From Octopus vulgaris (Eukaryota): DNA of 64,000 bases. Position 1 is the stretch's first letter, and each line of letters starts with the position of its first letter. The notes below the pieces were generated by a model. That model saw nothing but the letters and a program-made list of their open reading frames with translations, made no database searches and had not been told where the DNA came from. The stretch is from assembly GCA_951406725.2 (NCBI GenBank), contig OX597832.1, forward strand, positions 3,782,001 through 3,846,000, read 5' to 3'. A program made the position numbers and the translations under genes. Positions 36,944 through 49,499 of this stretch are shown one piece after another.

Positions 36944-38604
36944 TTGTCCATGGAAGAGGAATGGTCCAATTATAGAAGAAGTGCAAAATATTTGAGTCAG
37001 CAATTACGAAGATTGAGGCAAACTCAAGAACAGAGGGAAGAGCAACGTAAAAGGAACACAGAAAGACGGCGTCAGCTCCGTTTAGCGCAGTCACAGAAGC
37101 GAAGAAAGCAGATTTTAGACCAAGATGCTGCTCAGCATGGAAATGCAAGACAACGTCTGTCACAAGAACAATGTGAACAGATTTTAGAATAAAATGCAGC
37201 ACAAACCGTCAAATTTCAATAGTTCAGGAAAAGAACAGGATCTACAAATATATTGCAATTAGGTCAGCGTTTGTTTCAGCAATACTGTGTAGATCAAATT
37301 GCCAAAGTACAATCCACTCGTCAAAGTACAATCCACAATCAAGCAACCTTAAGAGTTGATTTATATAATGGCTTACAAGATGCTATACTTGCAGGTGATA
37401 GTGATCATACAAGTCGTAGTTATATATTGCCAAGTTCATTTACAGGAAGTCCGCGATATATAGCAAAACACTACCAGGATGCAATGGCCATAGTTAGAAA
37501 GTTTGGCAAACCTACTTTATTTTTGACTTTTACATACAACCCAAAATGACATGAAATAGCCAACGAGCTTTCTGTGGGCCAGACGGCGGTTGATCGACCA
37601 GATATCACTGCAAGAGTATTTAAATTAAAGCAACAGACACTATTGCACGATATCAAATCAGGAGTCCTTGGAAAACTTATTGCTCATGTAAACACAGTGA
37701 AATTTTAAAAATGACAATTACCTCACTGCCATTTCTTATTCATAATACAAAATCATCACAACGCATGGCAAGAAATTGATAAAATTGTTATAGCTGAACT
37801 TCCTAATCCCGAAAACCCATTAACGTCACATCTTATTCCTTGGTGAAGAAACACATGATACATGGACCCTGCGGAAAAAGATAATTTCAATTCTCCCTGC
37901 ATGGTGAATGGTGTTTGCAGTAAAAGATATCCAAAAGATTACAGATCATAAACCTTAATTCTTATCCACAATATCGTCACCGAAACCCTTGAGATGGTGG
38001 CTTCACAACTTCAAAACGGATTGGAAATAGAGAAATTGTTGTTGATAACCATTATGTAGTTCCTTATAATGATTGGTTGTTACAGAAGTACGAGACGCAT
38101 ATTAATCTTGAATGGTGTGCATCTATTAAGGCTGTGAAATATCTTTACAAGTACATTTTCAAAGGTGTTGACTATGCAACAGTTTCTCTACACAGACAAG
38201 AAGATGGCGTGCGTCTTAGTGTTGGCAACGAAAATCAAATGGATGAAATTTCGAATTACAAAAGTTGCCGCTATATTGGGGCGTCAGAGGCTTGCTGGAT
38301 ATTATATGAGTTTCCAGTTCAGCAAAGGCAGCCTGCTGTTGAATGCTTGTCGATACATTTGCCGGATCAACAGATGATTGTGTTTAATCCGAATCATGCA
38401 CATGAAGCTTTAGCAAAAAATAGATCAACCAAATTAACAGCATATTTTAAGATGAATGAAGAAGATCCCCTAGCAAAAGATATCCTCTATTGTGACTTTC
38501 CGCAGCATTATACTTGGTGTAACAATAATAAAAGTTGGAGGAGAAGAGGTAGACAAGTGACTCACCCCGTGGTATGTCTTTTAACTAGACTGTCTATTGT
38601 ACAT
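36944..38604 (+). pseudogene. Helitron Rep (HUH endonuclease) region, with stops and frameshifts
   Basis: ILPSSFTGSPRY, YQDAMAIVRKFGKPTLFLTFTYNP, LPHCHFL (HUH), HINLEWC, AVKYLYKYIFKG (Y2 motif), RYIGASEACW. Confidence 0.92.
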
Positions 38605-39293
38605 GGCATGCACGTGTCTTAGATGACGCGTGGTCGCATTCAGGCAGGTCGTTATATCAGGATTAGTATGAGTTCAGTTTTTCCTTTATGCCTACGTATG
38701 GTGAATTGCTATTAGCAATAGTATTATGCAAAAGTAATGCTCATAAGTTCTTGATAGCTGCAGAGTTTTCATTCGAGAACTATGCTATTCGAGCTTTCTA
38801 TTCGAACTTTATCCAAGAGTGTCCTTAAAAGAACCAGTCCATTCGCTTTGAGGAGATGCAAATTGAACAATTTTTAACAAAAAAGTGACTTCATAAAACG
38901 GTTATAAAGAGCAAAGAGCTTACTATTCGAGTTTATCCAACTCGAGTTTGTTGTCCCAAGCTCGGGGCTAGATCGAAGTTTGAATAACAGTGGGCCCTAC
39001 TGGGCGAGTTAGATAAGATAGACATGTATTCCCTTACAGCTGATGTAGTTTAACTCTTGAGCACCAATTTCGAGAAACTTGCTTCGAATCAATTTACGGT
39101 CATCGAATATTCTTTCGAGGATGAAGGCTCCTACTTTCAACCGTTTGCAAAACTTCAGCGCATGCCTATTGACCGTTTTCTGCGTTTTAGTTTGTCTTAC
39201 AAAGTCCCTTTGAAAAATTCAAATTTGATTACAAAGAATTCAAATTTGATGGCAAAGAATCCACACTAGATCGAAAGCATCTATATCTTAGAC

Positions 39294-42150
39294 CAGGGGT
39301 CTCCAAAGTACGGCCCACGGGCCAGATTCGGCCCGCCAAGGTTTTTAATCCGGCCCGCCGAACTGCCCTCCAAAATTATAAAACAAATGTCGAAAAACAA
39401 GCCTTGCCGAAATCATACAAAAACAAATATACTTTACACCCCTTTTAATACGTTTGACAAATATAGTACAGCAAATAGACGCAAGACGACGCTAATTGAT
39501 TTGCCATCAATTAATGTCTTTAAATTGCGCCGGCGAATTAAAAATGTATACACTAAACTTTAGTGTAAATATAGGTTCTTTTCCACTCCCCCCGTTTTAA
39601 CTGACCCATCAGAACCACCATAAAATGAATTAACTTCGCTATGGAGCTACCTATCATTCATCTTAGATAATAGGCGATTGTCAGTGAGATGGATGGTGCT
39701 GCTTACAATGAAGCAGAGATTCAATTTCTAGCTTTATTGGTGTCGCAGAAAAGTCAACCTATTCCGTCAACTGTCGAGAGAGCAGATACGACAAGTATGA
39801 CGTTAATAAAAGTCCCGTGCCTTGTATAATAAAAGAAGACAAATATCGATTTATCGATGTTACCTACATCTCACGAGCGATGAATAGAGAGGGTTGAGCC
39901 TGACGTTGTGTGGTGGTTTCTAATCCTGGTGCAGTCGCCAATCAGCGTGGAGTAAAGTTCGATGCGCATTCCGTCAGTCAGCACAGACTTGGCGTTTTCG
40001 TTGTGCACAAGTGTGAGTCATTTGTCGTCGTCGCTGCCGAAGTGAATGCACGTATCGAGTGACCTGTGAATATTGTTTTTACTTGTTTCGTCCTTTTACA
40101 TATATCGTCGAGCAAAATCTGTCGACCCATGGTTAAAATGTTAGCTCAAGGAAGAAAACGAAAAATCGACTCTGAGTGTAGAGTTTTTAAGGAACAATGG
40201 AACATAGACTATTTTGTCATAGAGTCAAACAACAAGGCACTATGCGTTATATGCACCGACACAATTGCAGTACTTAAAGAGTACAACATTCGGAGACATT
40301 ATGAAAAAAAGCATTCATCACAGTACTACCAATTCATTGGACAGCTACGTAAAGAGAAATTTGACAAATTAAAGAAGAATTTATCATCAATGCAGTTTGT
40401 TTTCAAGAAGAAGGCTGTAGAAAAAGAGAGAGCAACAAGAGCAAGCTTCCATGTTGCTAACCTTTTGGCGAAGAAAGGTAAGCCATTTACAGATGGTGAA
40501 CTTATTAAAAAGTGCTTGAATGAGGTAGCTAAGGAAATGTGTCCAGAAAACGTAGATTTATTTTCCGCAATTAGTCTTTCTGCGAACACTGTTGCTCGTA
40601 GGGTTGAACATATTGAAAGAAATATTAAATCACAGCTAAAAGACAAAGCCAGCAAGTTTGTATGCTTTTCTGTTGCACTTGATGAGTCAATTGATGTATC
40701 AGACACATCCCAATTGTTATTGTTCATCAGAGGAATAAATGCCAATTTTGAGATTACTGAGGAACTTGTATCTGTGCACAGCATGCATGGAACAACAACA
40801 GGCATAGATATTTTTAGAGAAGTGGAAAAGTCAGTGGCTGAGTATAATTTGGAATGGAAAAAACTAAAATGCATAACAACAGATGGTGGCAGAAATATGT
40901 GTGGAACCAAAAAGGGCTTAGTTGGGCAAATTAACAAAGTAATTGAGAATTCCGGTGGATTGAAACCTTTGGTATTGCATTGTATTCTTCATCAGCAAGC
41001 ACTGTGTGGAAAGCATCTTGATTTATCATCTGTATTAGATCCTGTGATTTCCACTGTTAACTACATAAGATCTCATGGACTCAAACATCGCCAATTTCGT
41101 GATTTCTTGGAGGAAATGAATGCTGAGTTTCCAGACCTACCTTACTATACTTCAGTAAGATGGCTTAGCTATGGAAAAATTCTGGCTAGATTTTTTGAGC
41201 TTCGAACTGAAATTGAAATATTTTTAAATGAGAAAAACCATTCACAGGTGTTGCTCAAAGACAGTGAATGGCTCTGGAAATTAGCATTTTCAGCCGATTT
41301 AACTATGCATCTCAATGATTTCAACCTACGGATACAAGGTGAAACTTCACTCATCTGTGATTTGTACTCAAAGGTGAAAGCTTTTCGTAAGAAATTAATA
41401 CTATTTGAAAGTCAGTTAACAAGAAGCTGCTTTACTCATTTTTCACGATGTGACAAATATAGACAGGAAGCTGCCACTCCATTTCCAAACTTGTTTGCTC
41501 AAGATGTCATTTTAGCTTTGAAACAACAGTTTGAAGAACGTTTTTCTGATCTTGATGCATGTTCTTCAAAACTAAGAATTTTTGAAAATCCATTTAACTC
41601 TGTTATTGGAGACTTACCTTCTGAGTTACAAATGGAAGTTATTGATTTGCAATCCAATGACATCCTGAAGGACAAATATAAAGAGGGAAATTTGATTGAA
41701 TTCTACAAATGCCTTCCATCCGACCAATTTCTTCATTTAAGGAGGTTTGCCTGTGAATTCATTTCAGTTTTTGGCACCACATATTTGTGTGAGAAGACTT
41801 TTTCAAAGATGAAATACACAAAATCCTGCTACAGATCACAATTGTCTGATGAACATTTAAATGCATTGCTTGTTATTGGAACCACTCATTTTGAACCTCA
41901 GTTGGACAAAATTTTGTCAGAAATGAAACAATTTCATGTTTCCCCTATTGATCAAAGTTAAAAAAAACATGTTAATTGTTACTGATATTATATACATTGT
42001 GATTATGTACTGAATAAATAACCTTTTTTAATTATTAATTCACTATTTATTTATATTATTTTGGTAAAATAAATAATTTAGAACCTTGGCCCCCGTAGCT
42101 TTAAAAATTCAGCAATGTGGCCCTCCGCTGGAAAACTTTGGAGACCCCTG
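39294..42150 (+). mobile_element. Full-length hAT transposon, Buster/Charlie (SPIN-like) family, 2857 bp
   Basis: Perfect 16-bp TIRs CAGGGGTCTCCAAAGT; perfect 8-bp TSD TCTTAGAC (39286-39293 and 42151-42158) fitting nnnTAnnn; GGCCC subterminal repeats. Confidence 0.96.
40129..41961 (+). CDS. Intact hAT transposase (SPIN/GTF2IRD2-like), 610 aa from the first ATG
   Basis: Uninterrupted ORF; BED-type zinc finger (CVIC...RRHYEKKH), catalytic D (ALDES), D (TTDG), CxxH (HCILH), RW (VRWLS), E (YLCEKTFS). Confidence 0.95.
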   Translation: MVKMLAQGRKRKIDSECRVFKEQWNIDYFVIESNNKALCVICTDTIAVLKEYNIRRHYEKKHSSQYYQFIGQLRKEKFDKLKKNLSSMQFVFKKKAVEKERATRASFHVANLLAKKGKPFTDGELIKKCLNEVAKEMCPENVDLFSAISLSANTVARRVEHIERNIKSQLKDKASKFVCFSVALDESIDVSDTSQLLLFIRGINANFEITEELVSVHSMHGTTTGIDIFREVEKSVAEYNLEWKKLKCITTDGGRNMCGTKKGLVGQINKVIENSGGLKPLVLHCILHQQALCGKHLDLSSVLDPVISTVNYIRSHGLKHRQFRDFLEEMNAEFPDLPYYTSVRWLSYGKILARFFELRTEIEIFLNEKNHSQVLLKDSEWLWKLAFSADLTMHLNDFNLRIQGETSLICDLYSKVKAFRKKLILFESQLTRSCFTHFSRCDKYRQEAATPFPNLFAQDVILALKQQFEERFSDLDACSSKLRIFENPFNSVIGDLPSELQMEVIDLQSNDILKDKYKEGNLIEFYKCLPSDQFLHLRRFACEFISVFGTTYLCEKTFSKMKYTKSCYRSQLSDEHLNALLVIGTTHFEPQLDKILSEMKQFHVSPIDQS

Positions 42151-42158
42151 TCTTAGAC

Positions 42159-43338
42159 TATTACTTCAACATTAAGTGGGAGTAATAAGCTTTGAAAATT
42201 TAATCACAATTAACAGTGATGTTTGTGAAAATTTTAAGCATACGTGTCAAACGATGAATCTAGTAGAAAATTATCAAGAATGGAAACTTTGTCTAAATGA
42301 GGCAAGAACAATGCGTTCAGTGAATAATTTACGAAATTTGTTTGTCAGTATTCTTCAGTTTTGCTCTCCATCCTGACCACTAGAATTATACATGTTTCGC
42401 GAAGATCTTTGCCAAGATTACTTCCATCAAATGACACAACACAAATTTTCTTATAAAGCAGCTTTGAATATTGCCCTGAATGATATACTGTGTGAATTGG
42501 ATCATCACATGGGTCATCATGACCGTAGTACAATTTCTTTTCTCACTAATATGAGAGTGCAAAACTGTTTCAGCAATTATGAAACCATCTCTCAAGCTCG
42601 ACTGGCGTATCATTCTGTTTGGTTATTGCAAATTGGTGATGGAAGAATCCCCAACATTCAAAGACAATTATATGATGATGTAATAGTGATTCCTCAGCAA
42701 TTTCAAGTGAACAGCAAGGAGGATTTGATCAACCATGTCTATGAAGATTTAGAGGTTAATTTTAACAGTACCCAATGGTTATCATCACGAGCAATATTAA
42801 CAACAAAGAATGAAGAAGTTGACAGAAATTTCCAGGTGAGACGTATACTCTGAGGAATATTGATTCCGCTGCAGAAGATCAACAATCTGCACTCTATCCT
42901 CCTGAATTTCTGAATTCTCTTAATATAAGTGGCATGCCACCTCACATTATCAAATTAAAAAGTGGTGTTCCTATAATGTTGTTAAGAAACTTAGATCAGA
43001 GAAATGGGCACTGCAATGGCGCACGTTATAGAGTGTTATTGGTGTCAGATCACTGCAAGTAAAATAACTGGTGTTGATGCAGGACGCACACTTTTGATTC
43101 CCCGCATTATTCTGCAACCATCTGATACCGATTTTCCTTTACTTTGAAAAGACGCCAATTTACAGTGAGACCTGCTTTCGCAATGTCTATAAACAAAAGT
43201 CAAGGACAAAGCCTAAGTGCAGTGAATCTTAAAATATTTGCTGATCAAAAAGAATTTACCAGATCAGGAACAAGTAGACGTCATAATGAAAGTGTAAGAA
43301 GACTTACGCGTAATGTTGTCTATATGGAAATAGTGTAA
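42159..43338 (+). pseudogene. Helitron linker and PIF1 helicase C-terminal half (N-terminal helicase motifs deleted)
   Basis: LRNLFVSILQFC, WLLQIGDG, RAILTTKNEEVD, PEFLNSL, PIMLLRNL, RRQFTVRPAFAMSINKSQGQSL. Confidence 0.9.
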
Positions 43339-45862
43339 ATATTGATATGCTGCATGTGTAAAAAGTACAGATCTGCTTAATATTTTTTTGTTAGTTTATT
43401 ACTGCTTTTGTAAAGTATTTGCATAAATAAGAATATGTAAGTATATTATCAGATTATATCTTTTGTGTATTTCTCAAACAATAGTTGAATTAAATTGAAA
43501 TGTTATTCTAAACATAGCATTGTTTTCTCCTTATTGACGGGTCATGTACTAGTATTTAATGAAACCTGTTATATTTACAAATGTACATTAAATAAATTAA
43601 TGAAACAACGTTCAACGAACCTAACGGTTACGAATCTTCTCTATATGACTAATTGGATAATGTATAAAGTAGTGCAAGGAAATTAATCACTGCATATCAT
43701 TAATGTGTTGCTAAACACTTATTAGGAAAAATTAGTACCTTTCGCCGATTGCGATATAAACAAGTTACTTAAATGTGAAAGAGGTAAGAGAAAACAACTC
43801 ATTGTAACAAGCGACATAGATTCCCGCTGGTGGCTTAGCAGCGCCCTGGCTTGAGGTTGAATTTGCCAGTCTTTTTATACCTGTTTAAACATCTTTCTAG
43901 AATTTTCGGCCAAATTGTTTGGCGAGAAAATTTGCTTACTTCTTTCGAAGCTTTGCCGCTTCTACCATAACAAAACAGCCAGTGCTGATTGCAAATACCT
44001 TTTATGATACTTTTCTTGTTATGGAAGTATATTAGTTCGTGGTTCTAGATCGGGAAAATCTGAGAACTATGGTTCAAATCTCAACCAGGATCTCACAACG
44101 CATTATTTTTAGAGAAAAATTGCATGGACATTATATGATTTGCACATGCACGTGTATACATGTTTTCATTCCACGAAACACAAATGGATGACTCTTTGAA
44201 TTTTTTACATATCCTCATTGTACCTCTAATAAAATGTATTCAGAGGACGCGAGTCAGTTTACTTTATCTTTTTCTTGGATTACTCCGGCGGATCGATGCA
44301 AATCTGTTTTACGTAACCCAGTGCACTTATGGTAATAGATACACAGAAAATCTTCAGCACCGGTACAAACCCTATAAATTTCTCATTAAGTTAGCATAGA
44401 CGTTCTCTTATATTTAGTTTTAGATGAAGTATTTATATTCGCTAAGCAGCTGACTTCAATAATGATGCATAACTGTTGTTCCCGGTCCCATGGAATAATA
44501 CCAGGCTTCTTATATTTGCATCAGGTTACTGTTTATATTAGAATGTTCCACCGGTATGCTTTATCTTGACAGGCGTGGATACATACTGGTTCTGGCGGTC
44601 AAGATTATCCTACCTGCAGATAGCATTGTAAATGCTATCCACAATACGTCTTATAGAAATGTTGTAATTTGCGGATAGTTTTGAATAATTGATGATTATG
44701 TAGGCGACATTTTCTACGCTGGTATATCATCATCATCACTTTCTTTCACATCGAGGAGGCTTAGCGGCATCCTTACCTCTCTTACTGATTTAGTATTTAG
44801 TACTCTTTCGTCAATGCTAAGTTTGCCGCAAAAGTTTCAGCTAATACGATGTTTCTCATCCAAGTTTCTGTTCTTGTACTAGTTGGAATGTCCTACTTCT
44901 GTTTAAGTAGGTTAATCCAACTATCTTGGCTTACGTAGAACTGCTATACATTCGGCGTACATATTCATGAGTTCATTACCCTTCTCTGATGGTGTTATTT
45001 TCGCTGTTAAGTGAGGCACTCATTTCTTTCATTACTGCTGAGTAGCTGCTGTCTGAATAACAGGATGCTACTCTTCAACAGCCGTTTGGTCTGACTGTAC
45101 GTACATACATACATACATACATACATACATACATACATACATACATACATACATACATACATACATACATACATAAATACATACTACTCCGGCTGCTTTC
45201 TATCACTTCCACGTCCATCGACAGAACCACGAATATCTGATGATTCAGTTATAAAACCTGTAGTAGTGATATCAATGAATATCTATAAACGCCGACAAAA
45301 GAGATTCCGTTTCATTTTGAAAGGATATACAAGTGTGTGCGCGTGTACATCTATGTTTGCGCGCACACGTGTGTGTGAGTATACATACATACATACATAC
45401 ATACATACATACATACATACATACATACATACATACATACATACATACATACATACACACATACATACGTACGGGTGTTCTATGGAGACTCAAAAGCGTC
45501 GATGTAATAAAAATTAAAACCAAATCGCACCCTGTTGGCTTCCACAAGGAGGCTGTGAACAGACAACATTATAACAGATCTCCTAATGATGGGGTTGAGG
45601 GGGTGCATATTTTGTAGGTCTTTAAGAGATGTGGAGGATGGTGGGAGTTAGGAAGTAGAATTCTATACGCTCAATACCTGCCCCTAGATAGTTAAATGAT
45701 TTCAGGAACTGTAAACCATTAACATATAAATTATATATATTAATGAAATTAGAGCCAAAAAGAAATTAGACTTAACTCTCCTGTGTCTGTCTGTCTGTTT
45801 GATTTTCTGCCTGCTTGTATGTCTGCCTGTCTGCCTACCTGTCTGTCTGTCAGTCTGTCAGT

Positions 45863-46004
<142 letters not shown>

Positions 46005-46094
46005 GTCTATCTATCTATCTATCTATTTGTCTATGTCTGTTTGCCGGTGTCTGTATATATCTACACACATTCATTTGCCTTTTTGCTCACATCA

Positions 46095-46850
46095 GTTTGA
46101 CTTCCTTTCTCCTGTGACCATTTTCGGAGTCAGAGCTGGACGAAGTACTATTCGCATGATCTTCACACTTCGTCGAATTCAAGAGAAATGCATGGAACAG
46201 AATATGCCAATGTATGCTGTCTTCATTGATTTTAAGAAAGCATTTTACTCAGTGAACACAGAGGGATTATGGCATGTCTTGAGTCATAATGGGTGTCCTG
46301 ATAAATTCGTTGAGCTTGTTAAGAGTTTTCAATTCTAGGGTGAGTATGAACATTTAATTCTTTGATCTGTTCGAAGTTACAAACGGCGTTAAGCAGGGTT
46401 GTGTATTGGCCTCTTGAGCATGTATCCTTCTGAAGTTACAGAGGATGCATTTAATACACAAGAGTGTATCAGTATCTTACAAGATCTCTTGTTCGCCTAT
46501 TTGACCTGTCCAGGCTGAAATCAAAGTTACTGACAAAGCTCTATAATATTTGTGAACTAATCTTTGCAGGTAAAACTCTACTTGTAGCACGCACACATGC
46601 AGACAAGCAAGAAAAAAACCTCTGCGTTTACTGATTTTGCCCGTGGCTTCGGCCTACCAATCATTTTTTAAAAAAACCAAACAAATGAAGTTCTTTATCA
46701 GCCATCACTAAAATCAAATATGGTGGCTTACAATATCTTGATAGATGGAAACATACTAAATAGCGTCACTCGTCTTACTTACCATGGTAGCATTGTATCG
46801 AGTGACAATAAACTAGACAATGCGCACTAAAATAGTATGGTTAAAGCTAC
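46095..46850 (+). pseudogene. RTE/BovB-like LINE RT fragment
   Basis: GRSTIRMIFTLRRIQEKCMEQNMPMYAVFIDFKKAFYSV and NGVKQGCVLA. Confidence 0.85.
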
Positions 46851-46856
46851 ATTTGT

Positions 46857-47050
46857 GGAGGCGCGTGACTTAGTAGTTAGAGTGTTGAACTCAGGATCAT
46901 AAGATTGTGGTTTCGATTCCTGGATCGGGTGATGCATTGCGTTCTTGAACGCAATACATTTATTTCACGTTGCTCCAGTCCATTCAGCTAACAAAAGTGA
47001 GTATTTCCTGCGACAGATTGGCGTCCCATCCAGGGTGGAAACCATCCCTA
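46857..47050 (+). mobile_element. SINE family C-like copy
   Basis: Head ggaggcgcgtgacttagtagttag...ggtttcgattcc. Confidence 0.65.
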
Positions 47051-47070
47051 TGAGTTTACATGACTTACTC

Positions 47071-47295
47071 GTTTACTCTTTTACTTGTTTCAGCCATTTG
47101 AGTGCGGCCATGCTGGAGCACCGACTTTAGTCGAGCAAATCGGCCCCAGGACTTATTCTTTGTAAGCCTAGTACTTATTCTATCGGTCTCTTTTGCCGAA
47201 CAGCTAAGTTACGGGGACGTAAACACAGTAGAATCGGTTATCAAGCGATATTGGGTGGGGGGGACAAACACAGACACACAAACACACAAACACAA

Positions 47296-47327
<32 letters not shown>

Positions 47328-47500
47328 GCATATATACGACGGGCTTCTTTCAGTTTCCGTCTACCAAATCCACTCACAAGGCTTTGGTCGGCCCGAGGCT
47401 ATAGTAGAAGACACTTGCTCAAGGTGCCACGCAGCAGGACTGAACTCGAAACCATGTAGTTGGTAAGCAAGCTACTTACCACACAGCCACTCCTGCACCT
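47071..47500 (-). mobile_element. SINE family A, full length
   Basis: Reverse complement of 48736-49129; internal (CA)n(TA)n. Confidence 0.85.
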
Positions 47501-48735
47501 TTAACCTTCGTCCTATTTATAAAGCTCATCTGAATTTGAACGTCTTTCTGAGAAGCATGGACACTTTACAAAACACTAATCAAAAGGATAAGCGTGTTTG
47601 TCATGCAACATGTGAAAACTATCATAAACATCAAATGCTGGTAACATATCTCAAATGTAAAGCCGTCAGGAGGGCTGGCTTTCAAACCATGCATTATCTA
47701 TTGATGCAGAGAAATCTCCTTCGGGGTTCCTGTTCTCACAAATAGGTGACGGCTATCGAGACTCTGGAAGACCTAAATTGTGAATCAAGGACGCTGTCAG
47801 GCGGAAACTTAAAGATCAATTACCCCTACTAACAAGTGATACCGGGAAGCTGATGATCGCTCTATCTGGAGAATTTTGATTCATGAAGTGAGTCATAGTC
47901 ACCGATGATGAATTAGAAGAAGATGTATGTATGTATGTATGTATGTATGTATGTATGTATGTATGTATGTATGTATGTATGTATTTATGTATGTATGTAT
48001 GTATGTATGTATGTATGTATGTATGTATGTATGTATGCCATTGGTCAGTTTTATTTCAAGATTCTTGCCAATAGATAAAGAACCGGTTTCTAACCTAGAT
48101 CCAAAGTTCCTTCATTGGAATTTCAACATCATTTATGTATGTATATATCTAATATCAGGCCGCTGATATCAAATTGTGTTAAATAGTTAAAATACTAATA
48201 GCTCCAGTTCTCTGTAGCTGCTGGATTTGTCGTGTATAGAAACAGATTGGGTACTTGTTTCTCTGGGATGAGAACCCAATAAGGCTCAAAAATCGATTAA
48301 GGCTGTTGACCATGTGTTTCTTTTTTTCTTCAATCTATGGAGAAATAGTAAAATTTGCCATGTCTGTGTGTTCACTGCGGACACGTCTACATACAGGCAG
48401 ACAGATGGACAGCAGGCTCAGCTAAATCTAGTAGTAAACAACACACCAACGGTTTAGCTGAAATCCATATTTTTACTGTACAACAGAAGGGCATAAAAAC
48501 TGGTGGACGCCTTACAAGTGATCTCGGACGAGATATTTCAACGGGTCCAAAACCCTAGTTTCAATGACAGGCCAAACAACACCAATATAAGTAATGAACC
48601 CAGTAAAATAGAACCAGAGGCAGTAAACGAAAAACCAAACAAATATAGGAAGACTACACAATCTGGAGGTGTAGAAACAACCTACGAAACCATTAACCTT
48701 GTGATATATTTTTTTATGTCCTAATGGATATATAA

Positions 48736-49129
48736 AGGCGCAGGAGTGGTTGTGTGGTAAGTAGCTTGCTTACCAACTACATAGTTCCGGGTTCATACCC
48801 ACTGCGCAAGTGTCTTCTATTATAGCCTCGGGCCGACCAAAGCCTTGTGAGTGAATTTGGTAGACGGAAACTGAAAGAAGCCCGTCGCATATATGTATGT
48901 ATATATGTATGTATGTGTGTATATGTTTGTGTGTCTGTGTTTGTCCCCTCAACATCGCTTGACAACCGATGTTGGTGTGTTTACGTCCCCGTAACTTAGC
49001 GGTTCGGCAAAAGAGACCAATAGAATAAGTACTAGGCTTCCAAAGAATAAGTCCTAGGGTCGATTTGCTCGACTAAAGGCGGTGCTCCAGCATGGCCGCA
49101 GTCAAATGACTGAAACAAGTAAAGAGTAA
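48736..49129 (+). mobile_element. SINE family A, full length
   Basis: tRNA-like head (A box tggttgtgtgg, B box ggttcataccc), internal microsatellite, tail aagtaaagagtaa. Confidence 0.85.
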
Positions 49130-49499
49130 TGTTGGATATATAATTTAAAGAAGCAAGCGGGGTGGGGGATGAAAGTATTTACACGTCGCAAAACACGAGA
49201 CTTAAAGCTCTCAATCAACGGCTCACAGGGAACTGCTTACCAACCCATTGCTCACTGACAGTTCTTTATTTTATAGCAATGTGTCAATCCACTTTTTCGT
49301 AACTTGGTGGGTGGTCGGAATCCTTCCACAACAATATTTCAGCTATTATATTGCTTGTGTGTCGCAAAGAGCTGAAGCGATGCAACCGAAATACAAGAAG
49401 AAAGCCTGAACCAGTAGGAGTACATGATTTAATAAATAAAAATTTCACTCCTGCGAAAATGTACCTCACAAATTGTTGTAGTTATGAATTGTAACATAT

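Larger units (their letters stand above)
36880..43552 (+). mobile_element. Helitron (RepHel pseudogene) carrying two insertions
   Basis: Starts TCTTTTATATAA; ends decayed hairpin GACGGG...CTAG|T; Rep and helicase remnants are collinear. Confidence 0.88.

Noticed and set aside
40066-40128. GTG-initiated N-terminal extension of the transposase in the ORF track
   Set aside because: Eukaryotic element; homology starts at RKRKIDSECR just after the ATGs at 40129 and 40138
40129-41961. Host gene GTF2IRD2/ZBED/EPM2AIP1-like call
   Set aside because: Perfect TIRs, TSD and insertion inside a Helitron show it is a transposon, not a domesticated gene
44130-45090. Possible LINE endonuclease relic on the - strand
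   Set aside because: Too degraded to assign motifs with confidence
48736-48810. tRNA genes at SINE heads (also about 22930-22994 and 59845-59918)
   Set aside because: A/B boxes are present but there is no complete cloverleaf, and they run into repeated SINE bodies
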